From assembly GCA_964521555.1 (NCBI GenBank), contig CAZFSU010000011.1, positions 18,219-82,218 on the forward strand: a stretch of 64,000 nt of DNA. The letters are read 5' to 3'. Under the pieces are notes generated by a model. The model was given only the letters and a program-made list of their open reading frames with translations, was not told the DNA's origin and did no database searches. Of the stretch, positions 1 through 10,394 are shown piece by piece. The position numbers were made by a program, and so were the translations under genes. Positions within the stretch are counted from its first letter, which is position 1. Each line of letters starts with the position of its first letter. Source of the stretch: an uncultured Jutongia sp. Lineage in GTDB: Bacteria > Bacillota > Clostridia > Lachnospirales > Lachnospiraceae.

Positions 1-103
1 AATGATCCAGCGAAAATACCGGTTGCTTACATAGGGACAGGATGACCGTTCACTACGAAACATTCCGTGAAAGCAAAAATCGGAAACACAAGTTGCGAAA
101 GTG

Positions 104-132
104 TTGTAATTCTTGTGCAATTTAGATATAAT
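104..132 (+). promoter_or_regulatory. Candidate sigma-A-type promoter of the DegV-family gene
   Basis: TTGTAA (104-109), 17-nt spacer, TATAAT (127-132), about 60 nt upstream of ATG 194. Confidence 0.35.
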
Positions 133-193
133 ATTACAGTTAGTGAAATTGTGCCGTTTGATTCGATATAGCGGCATGGAAATGAGGTAAGAT

Positions 194-1054
194 ATGGAAA
201 AGGTTACAGTGGTTACAGACAGTAATAGCTATATTACACCGGAGGAAGCGAATGTATGGGGCATTACCGTGATTCCGATGCCTTTTTTGATTGATGGTGA
301 AACGTATTTTGAAAATATCACTCTGACACAGGAAGAGTTTTATCAGAAATTATTAGAAGATGCGGATATTTCCACTTCGCAGCCATCTCCAGAGACTGTG
401 ACAGAGATATGGGACAAGTTGTTGGAGAGTGCGGATTCGATTGTGCATATTCCCATGTCCAGTGGACTATCTGGCTCATGTCAGACAGCCTTGATGCTGG
501 CACAGGATTATGACGGAAGGGTACAGGTTGTCAATAACCAGCGCATTTCGGTGACGCAGAAACAGTCTGTTTTGGATGCTTTGCAGCTCATTCGTGAGGG
601 GAAAACGGCTGTGGAGATACGGAAAAAACTGGAAGAAGTGAAATTGGAAGCCAGTATATATATTATGTTAGATACCCTGAAATATTTGAAGAAGGGTGGC
701 CGGATTACTCCGGCGGCAGCAGCACTGGGAACAGCACTTCGTTTGAAACCGGTTTTGCAGATACAAGGGGAAAAACTGGATGCCTATTCGGTGGCCAAGA
801 CATCGAAAAAAGGTGTGGCTAAGATGCTGTCGGCGATGGAAGAGGATATCAATACCCGGTTTGGCGGTATCGAAAATGTGCATTTGGAGGTGGCGCATAC
901 CAATAATGAAGAGGCGGCCATCGAATTTTGTCAGATGATACAGGAACGGTTTGGCGTGGAGGACGTTTTGGTGGATCCGTTATCCTTAAGTATATCCTGT
1001 CATATTGGTTCTGGGGCGCTGGCAGTCGCCTGTTCCAGGAAAATTGATGCATAG
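194..1054 (+). CDS. DegV family fatty-acid-binding protein
   Basis: 286-aa ORF behind GAGG RBS. N-terminus 'VTVVTDSNSYI', length and overall pattern are typical of the DegV family. Confidence 0.85.
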   Translation: MEKVTVVTDSNSYITPEEANVWGITVIPMPFLIDGETYFENITLTQEEFYQKLLEDADISTSQPSPETVTEIWDKLLESADSIVHIPMSSGLSGSCQTALMLAQDYDGRVQVVNNQRISVTQKQSVLDALQLIREGKTAVEIRKKLEEVKLEASIYIMLDTLKYLKKGGRITPAAAALGTALRLKPVLQIQGEKLDAYSVAKTSKKGVAKMLSAMEEDINTRFGGIENVHLEVAHTNNEEAAIEFCQMIQERFGVEDVLVDPLSLSISCHIGSGALAVACSRKIDA

Positions 1055-1062
1055 AAGCAAAG

Positions 1063-1097
1063 AGGCTGTTATACGATAGGCGTGTGGCAGCCTTTTT
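1063..1097 (+). terminator. Possible intrinsic terminator after the DegV gene
   Basis: AGGCTG (1063-1068) pairs with CAGCCT (1088-1093), followed by TTTTT. The loop is long, so the call is moderate. Confidence 0.4.
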
Positions 1098-1204
1098 CGG
1101 AATCAGGAGTTTTCGAAGAGAACGTTAGATTCGGATGCAAAGTTTTTTCCTGCAACTGAATCAATATTGATAGCAATGAAAATGATACAATAGGAGGGCA
1201 TGTT

Positions 1205-2452
1205 ATGAATTATATTGAGGAAATGGGAACCAGAGCGAAGGCAGCCAAAGGGAGACTGGCTTGTGCTGCCACAGGAGAAAAAAATGCTGTACTACAAAGG
1301 ATTGCAGAAGCACTGGTGGAGCATAGCGCAGAGATTTTACAGGCCAATGAAAAAGATATCGCTGCTGCCAGAGAAAATGGAATCACAGAAACAATGGTGG
1401 ACAGACTGCGGTTGACCGAGGAGCGGATTCAAGGGATTGCAGATGCCTGTATTCAGTTGATTGCGTTAGAGGATCCGGTGGGAGAGGTGCTTCAGGGATC
1501 TACCCGGCCTAACGGTATGGAGATCACTAAGATTCGTGTGCCGATGGGAGTGGTTGGGATTATTTATGAGTCCAGACCCAATGTGACAGTGGATGCCGCC
1601 GCTTTGTGTATCAAGAGTGGGAATGCGGCGATCCTGCGGGGAGGGAAAGAAGCGATTCATTCCAACCGGATCCTGATGCATACCATGCGGGAGGCTGTCA
1701 AAGAAGTCGGTTTTCCGGAAGATATCATTCAGTTGGTGGAGGATACTTCGCGGGAGGTATCGACACAGATGATGAAAGCCAGCGGCTATATTGATGTGCT
1801 GATTCCTCGTGGTGGTGCGGGACTGATTCAGGCTGTTGTACAAAATGCTACCGTACCAGTGATCGAGACAGGAACCGGGAATTGCCATATCTATATTGAT
1901 GAGACAGCGGATTTGGAAATGGGTGTGGATATCACCGATAATGGCAAGACACAGAGACCGAGTGTGTGTAATGCATTGGAAACCTGCCTGGTACATCAGG
2001 CGGTGGCAGAGGAATTTTTGCCAATGCTAAAAGCCAGATTAGATCAGCATACGGTGGAGATTCGGGGATGCGAGCGGACGAAAGCGGTTCTGGGGGATTC
2101 TGTCGTTCCGGCAACAGAGGAAGATTATGCTGCCGAATTTTTGGATTATACACTGGCGATCAAGGTAGTGGATTCCCTGGAGGAAGCCATTGATCACATT
2201 GCTGCCTACTCTACAGGCCATTCAGAATGCATTGTGACAGAAAGTTATGCCCATGCACGTCAGTTCCAACAGGCGGTGGATTCTGCCTGCGTCTATGTGA
2301 ATTGTTCCACCAGATTTACCGATGGCGGGGAATTTGGTTTGGGTGCGGAGATCGGTATCTCCACACAGAAGTTACATGCCAGGGGACCGATGGGACTGCG
2401 GGAAATGACAACAATGAAGTATCTGATTCGTGGAAATGGACAGATCAGATAA
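1205..2452 (+). CDS. proA: Gamma-glutamyl phosphate reductase
   Basis: 415 aa with AGGAGGG RBS. 'YESRPNVTVD', 'GTGNCHIYID' and 'STRFTDGGEFG' match ProA. Confidence 0.9.
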   Translation: MNYIEEMGTRAKAAKGRLACAATGEKNAVLQRIAEALVEHSAEILQANEKDIAAARENGITETMVDRLRLTEERIQGIADACIQLIALEDPVGEVLQGSTRPNGMEITKIRVPMGVVGIIYESRPNVTVDAAALCIKSGNAAILRGGKEAIHSNRILMHTMREAVKEVGFPEDIIQLVEDTSREVSTQMMKASGYIDVLIPRGGAGLIQAVVQNATVPVIETGTGNCHIYIDETADLEMGVDITDNGKTQRPSVCNALETCLVHQAVAEEFLPMLKARLDQHTVEIRGCERTKAVLGDSVVPATEEDYAAEFLDYTLAIKVVDSLEEAIDHIAAYSTGHSECIVTESYAHARQFQQAVDSACVYVNCSTRFTDGGEFGLGAEIGISTQKLHARGPMGLREMTTMKYLIRGNGQIR

Positions 2453-2467
2453 CGCGACAGACAGGAG

Positions 2468-3742
2468 ATGACAGCGATGAGTTTACAGACAGTACAACAG
2501 GGAGACCGAATCCTAATTGCCATTTTTGGCAAGCGAAATGCGGGCAAATCCAGTGTAATTAATGCGATTACCGGACAACAGACAGCTATCGTGTCCGATG
2601 TAAAGGGAACCACCACAGATCCCGTGTCCAAGGCGATGGAGATTCTGCCGTTGGGTCCTTGTATGTTGATCGATACACCGGGACTGGACGATGAAGGAGA
2701 TTTGGGTGAGAAACGGGTGGAAAAGGCATTGCAGGTGTTAAATAAGGCCGATATCGCATTGGTGGTAATGGATATTTCACAGATCACCGAGGAAGAACTT
2801 TTATCCAAGCGGGGCATTGGTGAGAAAGAAACGGAGATTATTTCTCTTGTGGAGGAGAAAAAAATACCATATATTGTTGTGCTGAATCAGGCAGACCGGA
2901 TAGAAGATGCACAGGCAGAAGCGATTCGGACAAGGCTGGTACTGAAAAATCCAAACGTTCCTGTGAATGTGATTAGCACTGTACGTAAAACAGGACTGGA
3001 AGAATTAAAGGATACTCTGGTGATGCAGTTACCGGATGCAGATCAGGAATTACATATTGTCAGTGATTTGATTACGACAGGCGATATGATCGTATTGGTG
3101 GTACCAGTGGATTCGGCAGCGCCAAAAGGGCGGCTCATCATGCCGCAACAGCAGACGATCCGCGATATTCTCGATCATCAGGCGGTGGCGGTGGTGACTC
3201 AGGTGCCGGAACTAAAGAAAACCCTGGAAGATTTGGCGGGGAAAGTTCGTATGGTGGTGACCGATTCCCAGGCATTCCGTGAGGTCAGTGCGATTGTGCC
3301 GGAGGAGATTCCACTAACCTCATTTTCAATTTTGTTTGCCAGACATAAAGGGGATTTAGCGAAGCTGGTAGCAGGTGTGACAGCGGTGGAGCGGTTACAG
3401 GATGGTGACCGTATTCTGATTGCCGAGGGATGTACCCACCGCAGACAGTGTGATGACATTGGTACTGTCAAGATTCCACGATGGCTGCGGGAACACAGCG
3501 GGAAAACCTTGCAGATCGAGACATGCAGTGGGACAGAGTTTCCCGCAGATCTCTCGGGATACGCTATGGTGATTCATTGCGGAGGATGCACGTTACATGA
3601 AAAGGAAATGAAGCATCGGATTTATCGCGCAGAGGAACAGGGAATACCGATAGTCAATTATGGGATTTTTATTGCCTATGTTAATGGCATTTTAAAACGC
3701 AGCCTGACATTATTTCCGGCGGTGCATGATCTGTTGTCGTGA
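2468..3742 (+). CDS. hydF: [FeFe]-hydrogenase H-cluster maturation GTPase HydF
   Basis: P-loop 'GKRNAGKSS', 'DTPGLDD', and a C-terminal Cys/His cluster 'EGCTHRRQC ... IHCGGCTLHE'. An alternative start is ATG 2477. Confidence 0.85.
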   Translation: MTAMSLQTVQQGDRILIAIFGKRNAGKSSVINAITGQQTAIVSDVKGTTTDPVSKAMEILPLGPCMLIDTPGLDDEGDLGEKRVEKALQVLNKADIALVVMDISQITEEELLSKRGIGEKETEIISLVEEKKIPYIVVLNQADRIEDAQAEAIRTRLVLKNPNVPVNVISTVRKTGLEELKDTLVMQLPDADQELHIVSDLITTGDMIVLVVPVDSAAPKGRLIMPQQQTIRDILDHQAVAVVTQVPELKKTLEDLAGKVRMVVTDSQAFREVSAIVPEEIPLTSFSILFARHKGDLAKLVAGVTAVERLQDGDRILIAEGCTHRRQCDDIGTVKIPRWLREHSGKTLQIETCSGTEFPADLSGYAMVIHCGGCTLHEKEMKHRIYRAEEQGIPIVNYGIFIAYVNGILKRSLTLFPAVHDLLS

Positions 3743-3881
3743 TAGTTTACCAAGGCGAAAAGAGGATTTAATAATATGCGGGGGCGGCTTATATTGCGGC
3801 ATGGAAGCTGGCACCGAAGCGTTTTGTGTTGAAATGAAAGGGTTTTGTACATACTAAAGAAAAGATTGCTTGGAGAATGAT

Positions 3882-4913
3882 ATGCAAAAAAGTAAGAAAT
3901 ATATCTGGAATATTGCATTTATGATTGTACTATTGGCGGCAACTTTCTATGTCCTGCTAAAAGATCAGGACCTGCCGGCAATAGCGGACAAACTTCGGGA
4001 TGCGGATCAGGGACAGATGTGTCTGGCCATGATAGCAGCTATCCTGTATTTGGTATTTCAGTCTGTATCTTTGGTGGTGATTCTGCGCTCTCTGGGAATG
4101 CGTATGAAATTCCTGCCCTCGTTGCGGTATTCTTTTATTGGATTTCTATTTAATGCGATCACGCCATCGGCCAGTGGAGGACAGCCGATGCAGGTATTAT
4201 ATATGAATATGGATGGGATTAATATGGGCGCTTCCTCGGTAGCACTTTTATTTTGGACCATTATCTATAAAATAGCCTTATTGGTCATGGAGGGTGTGAT
4301 TCTACTATGGAAACGGGATTTTCTGGTACAGGCTTTAGGAGGATACCAATGGCTGTTTTGGCTGGGTATTCTGGTAAATGCCGTATCCATTATACTTTAC
4401 GCAATGGTGGTTTTTTCAAAAAATGGTGCAAGGAGAATTGTCCGTTTGGTTACCTGGCTCTTGCATAAATTTCATCTTGTCAGACGCCGGGAACGTATGC
4501 TGCGAAAGCTGGATGTACTATTAGAATCCTATCAGGAGGGTGCCGTCTATATGAGAACACACATTGGTACGGCAGGGATGGTATTGGTGATAACGTTACT
4601 ACAGCGTTTATCTTATTTTATGGTAGCATGGTTTGTGGTCCGGGCATTGGGAGTGGCAGATACCGGGGTGACAGACATCGTGATATTACAGAGCTTTGTC
4701 TCGGTATGCATTGATATCCTGCCATTTCCGGGCGGCGTTGGCGTGAATGAAAGCTTTTTCGTCATGCTGTTCCGTCCATTCGTGGGACAGAAAGATGCCT
4801 TCTCTGCGATGCTGTTGAGCCGTGGTGCAAACTTTTATGGTTTATTGGTGATCAGTGCAGTGATTACGATGGGAACACAGATGTACCATGTTATACGTAG
4901 TGACAGAAAATAA
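3882..4913 (+). CDS. Flippase-like / lysyl-phosphatidylglycerol-synthase TM-region family (UPF0104) membrane protein
   Basis: Multi-pass membrane protein whose N-terminal pattern is typical of UPF0104. Start placed at ATG 3882 behind GGAGA (the ORF opens at TTG 3870). Confidence 0.65.
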   Translation: MQKSKKYIWNIAFMIVLLAATFYVLLKDQDLPAIADKLRDADQGQMCLAMIAAILYLVFQSVSLVVILRSLGMRMKFLPSLRYSFIGFLFNAITPSASGGQPMQVLYMNMDGINMGASSVALLFWTIIYKIALLVMEGVILLWKRDFLVQALGGYQWLFWLGILVNAVSIILYAMVVFSKNGARRIVRLVTWLLHKFHLVRRRERMLRKLDVLLESYQEGAVYMRTHIGTAGMVLVITLLQRLSYFMVAWFVVRALGVADTGVTDIVILQSFVSVCIDILPFPGGVGVNESFFVMLFRPFVGQKDAFSAMLLSRGANFYGLLVISAVITMGTQMYHVIRSDRK

Positions 4914-4930
4914 GAGAAATGAGGGAAAAT

Positions 4931-5590
4931 ATGGCAGATCATTTGAAATTTATCCATCGGGGGGGAGAGGATGAGATCGTAGAGAAAAAATCCCGTTTTA
5001 TCGGTCAGGTATTCCCGGTGAAAACCGAGGAGGAAACGATACAGATTATTGAGGAGACGAAAAAACGGTATTGGGATGCGAGACATCATTGTTATGCCTA
5101 TATTTTGGGGGAATATGGGGAGGTTACCCGGTGTACCGATGATGGCGAGCCAAGCGGCACGGCGGGCAGGCCGATTCTGGAGGTATTGCAGGGGGAAGGG
5201 ATACATGATGTGCTGGTGATCGTGACCCGGTATTTTGGCGGTACCCTGTTGGGAACAGGTGGTCTGGTGAGGGCATATACCCAGGCGGCGAAAGCAGGTC
5301 TGGCTGCCAGCCAGGTTTTGGAAAAAGTCAGAGGTCATAAACTGACGATACATACAGACTATAATGGAATCGGCAGGCTTCAGTATATTGTGGCACAGTC
5401 CGGTATTCCGGTGATAGATACACAATATGCAGAAAATGTAACGATGATATTGGCGGTAGCAGCAGAGGAGTGTGACCCGTTCGTCAAACAGATTACGGAG
5501 GCGACGGCAGGGCAGGCCGGGATCGAGGGGCTGGACCAGATGATTGCCTTTGCAGTGGCAAACGGAGAAGTATTGTTGTACGAAGAATAG
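4931..5590 (+). CDS. yigZ: YigZ / IMPACT family protein (UPF0029)
   Basis: 'RYWDARHHCYAY' and 'DDGEPSGTAGRPIL' signatures. Start at the second ATG behind GAGGG. Confidence 0.85.
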   Translation: MADHLKFIHRGGEDEIVEKKSRFIGQVFPVKTEEETIQIIEETKKRYWDARHHCYAYILGEYGEVTRCTDDGEPSGTAGRPILEVLQGEGIHDVLVIVTRYFGGTLLGTGGLVRAYTQAAKAGLAASQVLEKVRGHKLTIHTDYNGIGRLQYIVAQSGIPVIDTQYAENVTMILAVAAEECDPFVKQITEATAGQAGIEGLDQMIAFAVANGEVLLYEE

Positions 5591-5603
5591 AAATGAGGAT
5601 AGC

Positions 5604-6929
5604 ATGGATTTATTTGAGTATATGAGAGAGCAGACGAAGGAGCAGGAGTCCCCCCTGGCGTCCAGATTGCGGCCCACCACGTTAGAAGAAGTGGTGGGGC
5701 AGGCACATATTATCGGGAAGGACAAATTATTATACCGGGCGATCAAAGCGGACAAGATCAGCTCGATTATCTTTTATGGACCGCCGGGGACGGGTAAGAC
5801 AACTCTGGCAAAGGTGATTGCCCATACCACCAGTGCAGAGTTTTTGCAGATCAATGCCACTTCCGCCGGGAAGAAAGATATGGAAGCAGTGGTGAAGCAG
5901 GCGCAGGATAATGCCGGGATGTATCAAAAACGGACGATCTTATTTGTGGATGAGATACACCGTTTCAATAAGGGACAACAGGATTATTTGCTACCTTTTG
6001 TGGAGGACGGAACCATCATCCTGATTGGTGCCACTACGGAAAATCCATATTTTGAGGTGAACGGCGCGCTGTTATCCCGTTCCATTATCTTTGAATTACA
6101 TTCCCTGACAACCGGGGATATTAAAAAGTTGTTGCGGCGTGCGGTGGAGGATACAGAGAAAGGTTTGGGTTCCTATGGTGCAAAAGTAGAGGAAGAAGCT
6201 TTGGAGTTTTTGGCTGATATGGCGGATGGAGATGCCAGAGCTGCCTTAAATGCCATCGAACTGGCAGTATTGACGACAGAACGCGGGGAGGATCAGGTGA
6301 TTCACATTACGATGGATGTGGCGCAGGAGTGTATCCAGAAACGTGTTGTGCGTTATGACAAGACAGGGGATAATCACTATGATACGGTTTCTGCCTTTAT
6401 CAAGAGCATGCGGGGGTCTGATCCGGATGCGGCAGTATATTATCTGGCCCGGATGCTAAATGCCGGGGAAGATATCAAATTTATTGCCAGACGTATTATG
6501 ATTTGTGCGGCGGAAGATGTATCGAATGCAGATCCGCAGGCTTTGGTGGTTGCAGTCAGTGCCGCACAGGCTGTAGAGAGGATTGGTATGCCGGAAGCGC
6601 AGATTATCTTATCTCAGGCGGCGACTTACGTAGCAAGTGCTCCCAAGAGTAATTCCGCGGTGAATGCCATCAGTGAGGCGATGCAGGTGGTGCAGAAGGA
6701 ACGGGTCTCCGGGATTCCGGCGCATTTGCAGGATGCCCACTATGGCAGCGCCGGGAAATTGGGTCGAGGTACCGGATATCTCTATGCACACAATTTTCCC
6801 AATCATTATGTCCGACAACAATATTTGCCGGATGAATTGGTGGGCAGGCAGTTCTATATTCCATCCGAACAAGGTTATGAGAGGCAGATACAGGAATATT
6901 TTAGAAAGATTCATGACGAAGCAGAATGA
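5604..6929 (+). CDS. rarA: Replication-associated recombination protein A (AAA+ ATPase RarA/MgsA)
   Basis: Walker A 'GPPGTGKTT', Walker B 'ILFVDEIHRFNK' and a C-terminal MgsA-type domain. The ORF 5' extension overlaps yigZ, so the start is set at ATG 5604. Confidence 0.9.
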   Translation: MDLFEYMREQTKEQESPLASRLRPTTLEEVVGQAHIIGKDKLLYRAIKADKISSIIFYGPPGTGKTTLAKVIAHTTSAEFLQINATSAGKKDMEAVVKQAQDNAGMYQKRTILFVDEIHRFNKGQQDYLLPFVEDGTIILIGATTENPYFEVNGALLSRSIIFELHSLTTGDIKKLLRRAVEDTEKGLGSYGAKVEEEALEFLADMADGDARAALNAIELAVLTTERGEDQVIHITMDVAQECIQKRVVRYDKTGDNHYDTVSAFIKSMRGSDPDAAVYYLARMLNAGEDIKFIARRIMICAAEDVSNADPQALVVAVSAAQAVERIGMPEAQIILSQAATYVASAPKSNSAVNAISEAMQVVQKERVSGIPAHLQDAHYGSAGKLGRGTGYLYAHNFPNHYVRQQYLPDELVGRQFYIPSEQGYERQIQEYFRKIHDEAE

Positions 6930-6988
6930 ATATGACATGAGAAGTATCTGATAAACAGTTGGTACAGATGAGACAGAAAGGAAGATAT

Positions 6989-7309
6989 ATGAAACAATTT
7001 AAGCGATTGTTAGCGATATTGGCAGTGGTGGTCATCCTGGGTCTTTACCTTGTGACTTTATTTTGCGCTATATTTGTGAAACAGGTTAAGGGCACAATGT
7101 TCCTGGCATCCCTGGTTGCTACTGTGATGGTGCCGCTGCTGTTATATATTGTGTTTTGGTTGTGCAGCATATTTCAATCCAGAGCAAATACGAAACGGCT
7201 TAACTGGGATGAAAAGACACGCAAGGGTTTTGCGGAGGCAGCCGTTTTTAATCAACGGGAAAAAAGATCAGATGAGGATAGGAAGCAAGATGGAAACACC
7301 AGTATATGA
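6989..7309 (+). CDS. Small membrane protein, unknown function
   Basis: 106 aa with two hydrophobic helices and a charged tail. RBS AAGGAAG. The 3' end overlaps the next gene by 20 nt. Confidence 0.5.
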   Translation: MKQFKRLLAILAVVVILGLYLVTLFCAIFVKQVKGTMFLASLVATVMVPLLLYIVFWLCSIFQSRANTKRLNWDEKTRKGFAEAAVFNQREKRSDEDRKQDGNTSI

Positions 7310-8645
7310 TTTTGTGACAGAATATTGTGGGAAGAAGATATCAAGACTCCATATGCCGGGACACAAGGGCAGGCTGTTTTTGGGATGCGAAGCCAGGGAT
7401 ATTACAGAAATATCCGGCGCCGATGTGTTACAGCAGGCAGAAGGAATCCTTGGGGTCAGCCAGGATAATGCGTCGCAGTTGTTTGGCTCTGGGAAAACAT
7501 TTTATTCTACCGAAGGATCTTCGTTATGTATCAAGGCGATGTTGACAGCACTGGCGCAGGGAAGTAAAGAAACGGGCAGGAGAAAGTACGTGTTGGCGGC
7601 ACGGAATGTACATCGTTCCCTGGTGGATGCCTGTGGATTGTTGGATTTGGATCTTTTTTTCCTCATGGATTCGGCAGGAGAGCGTTTTCTTGACAGTAAA
7701 CCCACGCCCCGGCAGTTGCGTCAGAGTTTGGAACAGTGTCAAGTGCTGCCGATCGGAGTATATGTCACATCCCCGGATTATTTGGGAAATATAGCGGATA
7801 TACAGGGGTTATCCCTGGTCTGTGAGGAATATCATATCCCTTTGATAGTAGATAATGCCCACGGTGCCTATCTTCGTTTTTTGGAGCCATCCATGCATCC
7901 CATCCAATTAGGAGCAGCTATGTGTTGTGACTCGGCACACAAGACTTTGCCGGTATTGACCGGAGGTGCCTATCTGCATGTGGCCGCCTCGCGGCAGGAG
8001 TTATATGCGGCAAGCGTCAAAAAAGCGATGGCAGTTTTTGGGTCTACCAGTCCTTCTTATCTGATTCTACAGTCTCTGGATCTGTGTAACCGATATCTGG
8101 CGGAGGGATATCGGGAAAGACTATCCGGTGCTGTGCGTAAAATAGGACAGATGAAAGAGGAGTTACGGTCACTTCATATTCCGGTGATGGATACAGAGCC
8201 ATTAAAAATCGTAATCGATTCAGCAGGAGCGGGATATGATGGAGAGGAAATTGCGCAGGAGATGCGGGAGTATTCTATAGAATGCGAATATGCGGATCAC
8301 CAATATATTGTGTGCATGATGACGGTGGAGAATACGGATGTGGACTATACCAGACTCATGCGTTGGGGAGAGCATACGGTTTTGCGTATACATAGAGAAC
8401 CGATAACGTATCCGGCGGTATTCTCTGGGAACGCAGAGCGGGTGTGCAGTATACGGGAAGCTATTTTCCGGCCCAGTGAAACGATTCCGGTGAAGGAGGC
8501 TTTGGGTAGAGTATGTGCTGCCCAAAGTGTTGCCTGTCCTCCGGCGGTGCCGATTGCGGTGAGTGGGGAACGGATCACAAATGAGATGGTTTCTCTGTTT
8601 CAAAATTATGGGATACAGACTGTGGTAGTGCTTGCGAATCCATAG
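7290..8645 (+). CDS. PLP-dependent Orn/Lys/Arg decarboxylase family protein
   Basis: 'LHMPGHKG' near the N-terminus and PLP-lysine context 'CDSAHKTLP'. Start at ATG 7290 ('METPVYDF'). Confidence 0.8.
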   Translation: METPVYDFVTEYCGKKISRLHMPGHKGRLFLGCEARDITEISGADVLQQAEGILGVSQDNASQLFGSGKTFYSTEGSSLCIKAMLTALAQGSKETGRRKYVLAARNVHRSLVDACGLLDLDLFFLMDSAGERFLDSKPTPRQLRQSLEQCQVLPIGVYVTSPDYLGNIADIQGLSLVCEEYHIPLIVDNAHGAYLRFLEPSMHPIQLGAAMCCDSAHKTLPVLTGGAYLHVAASRQELYAASVKKAMAVFGSTSPSYLILQSLDLCNRYLAEGYRERLSGAVRKIGQMKEELRSLHIPVMDTEPLKIVIDSAGAGYDGEEIAQEMREYSIECEYADHQYIVCMMTVENTDVDYTRLMRWGEHTVLRIHREPITYPAVFSGNAERVCSIREAIFRPSETIPVKEALGRVCAAQSVACPPAVPIAVSGERITNEMVSLFQNYGIQTVVVLANP

Positions 8646-8741
8646 GGGATTTGCTATACTATCTCCAATACGATTCACTTGGTAATGTTATGTTTTGCGC
8701 TGTAATGGTTACTGTGGCGCAGGATTACTTTATATACAGAA

Positions 8742-9821
8742 ATGGGGATTATTATGAGTATTCAGACAGAGGATTTTGGTGTTACTAAGTCGGGTGATAA
8801 AGTTACCCGTTATATTTTGACCAATCATAACGGAATGAAAGTGGCATTTTTGGATCTGGGAGCTGTGATCCAGAGTGTTGTGGTCACAGATCAGGAAGGG
8901 AAACTGGAAGATGTTGTCCTGGGGTATGATACGGTAGCAGGTTATGAGGTGAATGTACCTAGTTTTGGTGCTCCGGTGGGTCGTTGTGCCAATCGTATTT
9001 CCGATGGTAAATTTGTGTTAAATGGGAAAACATATACTTTGGACCAAAATGATGATACGAATTGTTTACATGGTGGATATAAGCGGTATAACCATTGTAT
9101 GTATGAGGTCGAGTGTCTACCGGGAGAATTTTCGGATAGCATTGCCTTTTCCAGACTTAGTCCGGATGGTGAACAGGGATTTCCTGGCAACCTATCTCTG
9201 ACGATTACTTATACGTGGAACGATGACAATGAATTGATGATCGAATATCAGGCAATCTGTGATGAGGATACTGTGCTTAACCTGACTAACCATAGTTATT
9301 TTAATATTGGACCGGGTGGTCATGCGGGGGAAAATGTTTTGAAGCAGGAGGTTAAGATTGAGGCAGAGCAGTATAATCCCATTGGTGATAAGAGATTGCC
9401 AACCGGAGAATTTTTGCCGGTGGCAGGGACTATGATGGATTTCACACAATTTCATCCGATTGGGGATCACATTGGGGCAGATGATCCGGAGGCTGGTACC
9501 TTGAGCGGTTATGATCATAATTATGTATTGCAGGAGCATGAAGCAGGAGAGGTGATCAAAGCGGCTGCCATTCGTGATCCGAGAAATGGCCGTGTGTTGG
9601 AAGTGTTCACGGATATGCCGGGTGTCCAGTTTTATATTGCGAAAGAATTAGTGGAAGCGGGCGGAAAAGATGGTGTCACCTATATGCATTATGGTGGTGC
9701 TTGCTTTGAATCCCAGAATTATCCCAATGGAATCAATCAGAAACATTTTCCGGCACCTGTTTTACAGGCTGGTGTGGAATACGAATCCACGACAGTTTAC
9801 CGTTTTAGTGTAGAGGAGTAA
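8742..9821 (+). CDS. galM: Aldose 1-epimerase (galactose mutarotase)
   Basis: 'NCLHGG', 'GYDHNYVL' and 'ACFESQNYPN' motifs. An alternative start is ATG 8754. Confidence 0.85.
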   Translation: MGIIMSIQTEDFGVTKSGDKVTRYILTNHNGMKVAFLDLGAVIQSVVVTDQEGKLEDVVLGYDTVAGYEVNVPSFGAPVGRCANRISDGKFVLNGKTYTLDQNDDTNCLHGGYKRYNHCMYEVECLPGEFSDSIAFSRLSPDGEQGFPGNLSLTITYTWNDDNELMIEYQAICDEDTVLNLTNHSYFNIGPGGHAGENVLKQEVKIEAEQYNPIGDKRLPTGEFLPVAGTMMDFTQFHPIGDHIGADDPEAGTLSGYDHNYVLQEHEAGEVIKAAAIRDPRNGRVLEVFTDMPGVQFYIAKELVEAGGKDGVTYMHYGGACFESQNYPNGINQKHFPAPVLQAGVEYESTTVYRFSVEE

Positions 9822-9905
9822 TCTTACGGAAAGATACGACACCATTCTATTCGATCAATCATACAATAAAGTATTACAAATAGATTCGTAGATGAGGGGA
9901 TAAGT

Positions 9906-10370
9906 ATGCATAATGTGTTTCATAAGTGTTTGAAAAAAGCTTTTGGCGAGCAGGAATATGCAAAATATGTCAAAATGTGTAAAGAGGAATTGGTGGGACA
10001 GAATCATACTATGATTTCTTATGAAAATAAGCCGGTATATCAGAAAATGTATCAAATTTTACAACAGGAAAATCAGGAGTCTTTAAAGGAACGGGCAGAG
10101 CGTTTGATGGAAACTATGTATCTGGCATTTCAGATTGGGCGTCGTTTTGCTTCGGTCATTCTTTTTTATGTGATTGCTAATTTTGTTTTAATCGGATTAG
10201 AGCTGGATTACTATGTGACTTGCGTTAGTCTGGCGCTGGTGGGGGTATGTTTTCTATACAAATTAGTAGAATTTATGAAAAATAAATACTGCTTTGTGGA
10301 TGCTTATCTGGTGATGGTATACAAAGCAGTATTAGAAAAACTATATCCTCCATTGAAAAATGGGATCTGA
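9906..10370 (+). CDS. Hypothetical membrane protein
   Basis: 154 aa with GAGGGG RBS. Soluble N-half followed by two TM helices. No family recognised. Confidence 0.5.
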   Translation: MHNVFHKCLKKAFGEQEYAKYVKMCKEELVGQNHTMISYENKPVYQKMYQILQQENQESLKERAERLMETMYLAFQIGRRFASVILFYVIANFVLIGLELDYYVTCVSLALVGVCFLYKLVEFMKNKYCFVDAYLVMVYKAVLEKLYPPLKNGI

Positions 10371-10394
10371 TATTGATGAGTACCCAATGTGAGA

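Noticed and set aside
1-45. Possible 3' end of an upstream + strand CDS ('NDPAKIPVAYIGTG' followed by TGA at 43-45)
   Set aside because: Only 14 codons are visible, so neither coding status nor product can be supported.
4835-5755. 306-aa ORF on the minus strand, antisense to yigZ and rarA
   Set aside because: It fully overlaps two strongly supported + strand genes. It is Cys/Arg/His-rich with no recognisable domain or RBS, which is typical of an antisense shadow ORF. The same reasoning applies to the other long antisense ORFs, for example 2293-2817, 1466-1996, 26157-26669, 36843-37557 and 62515-62967.
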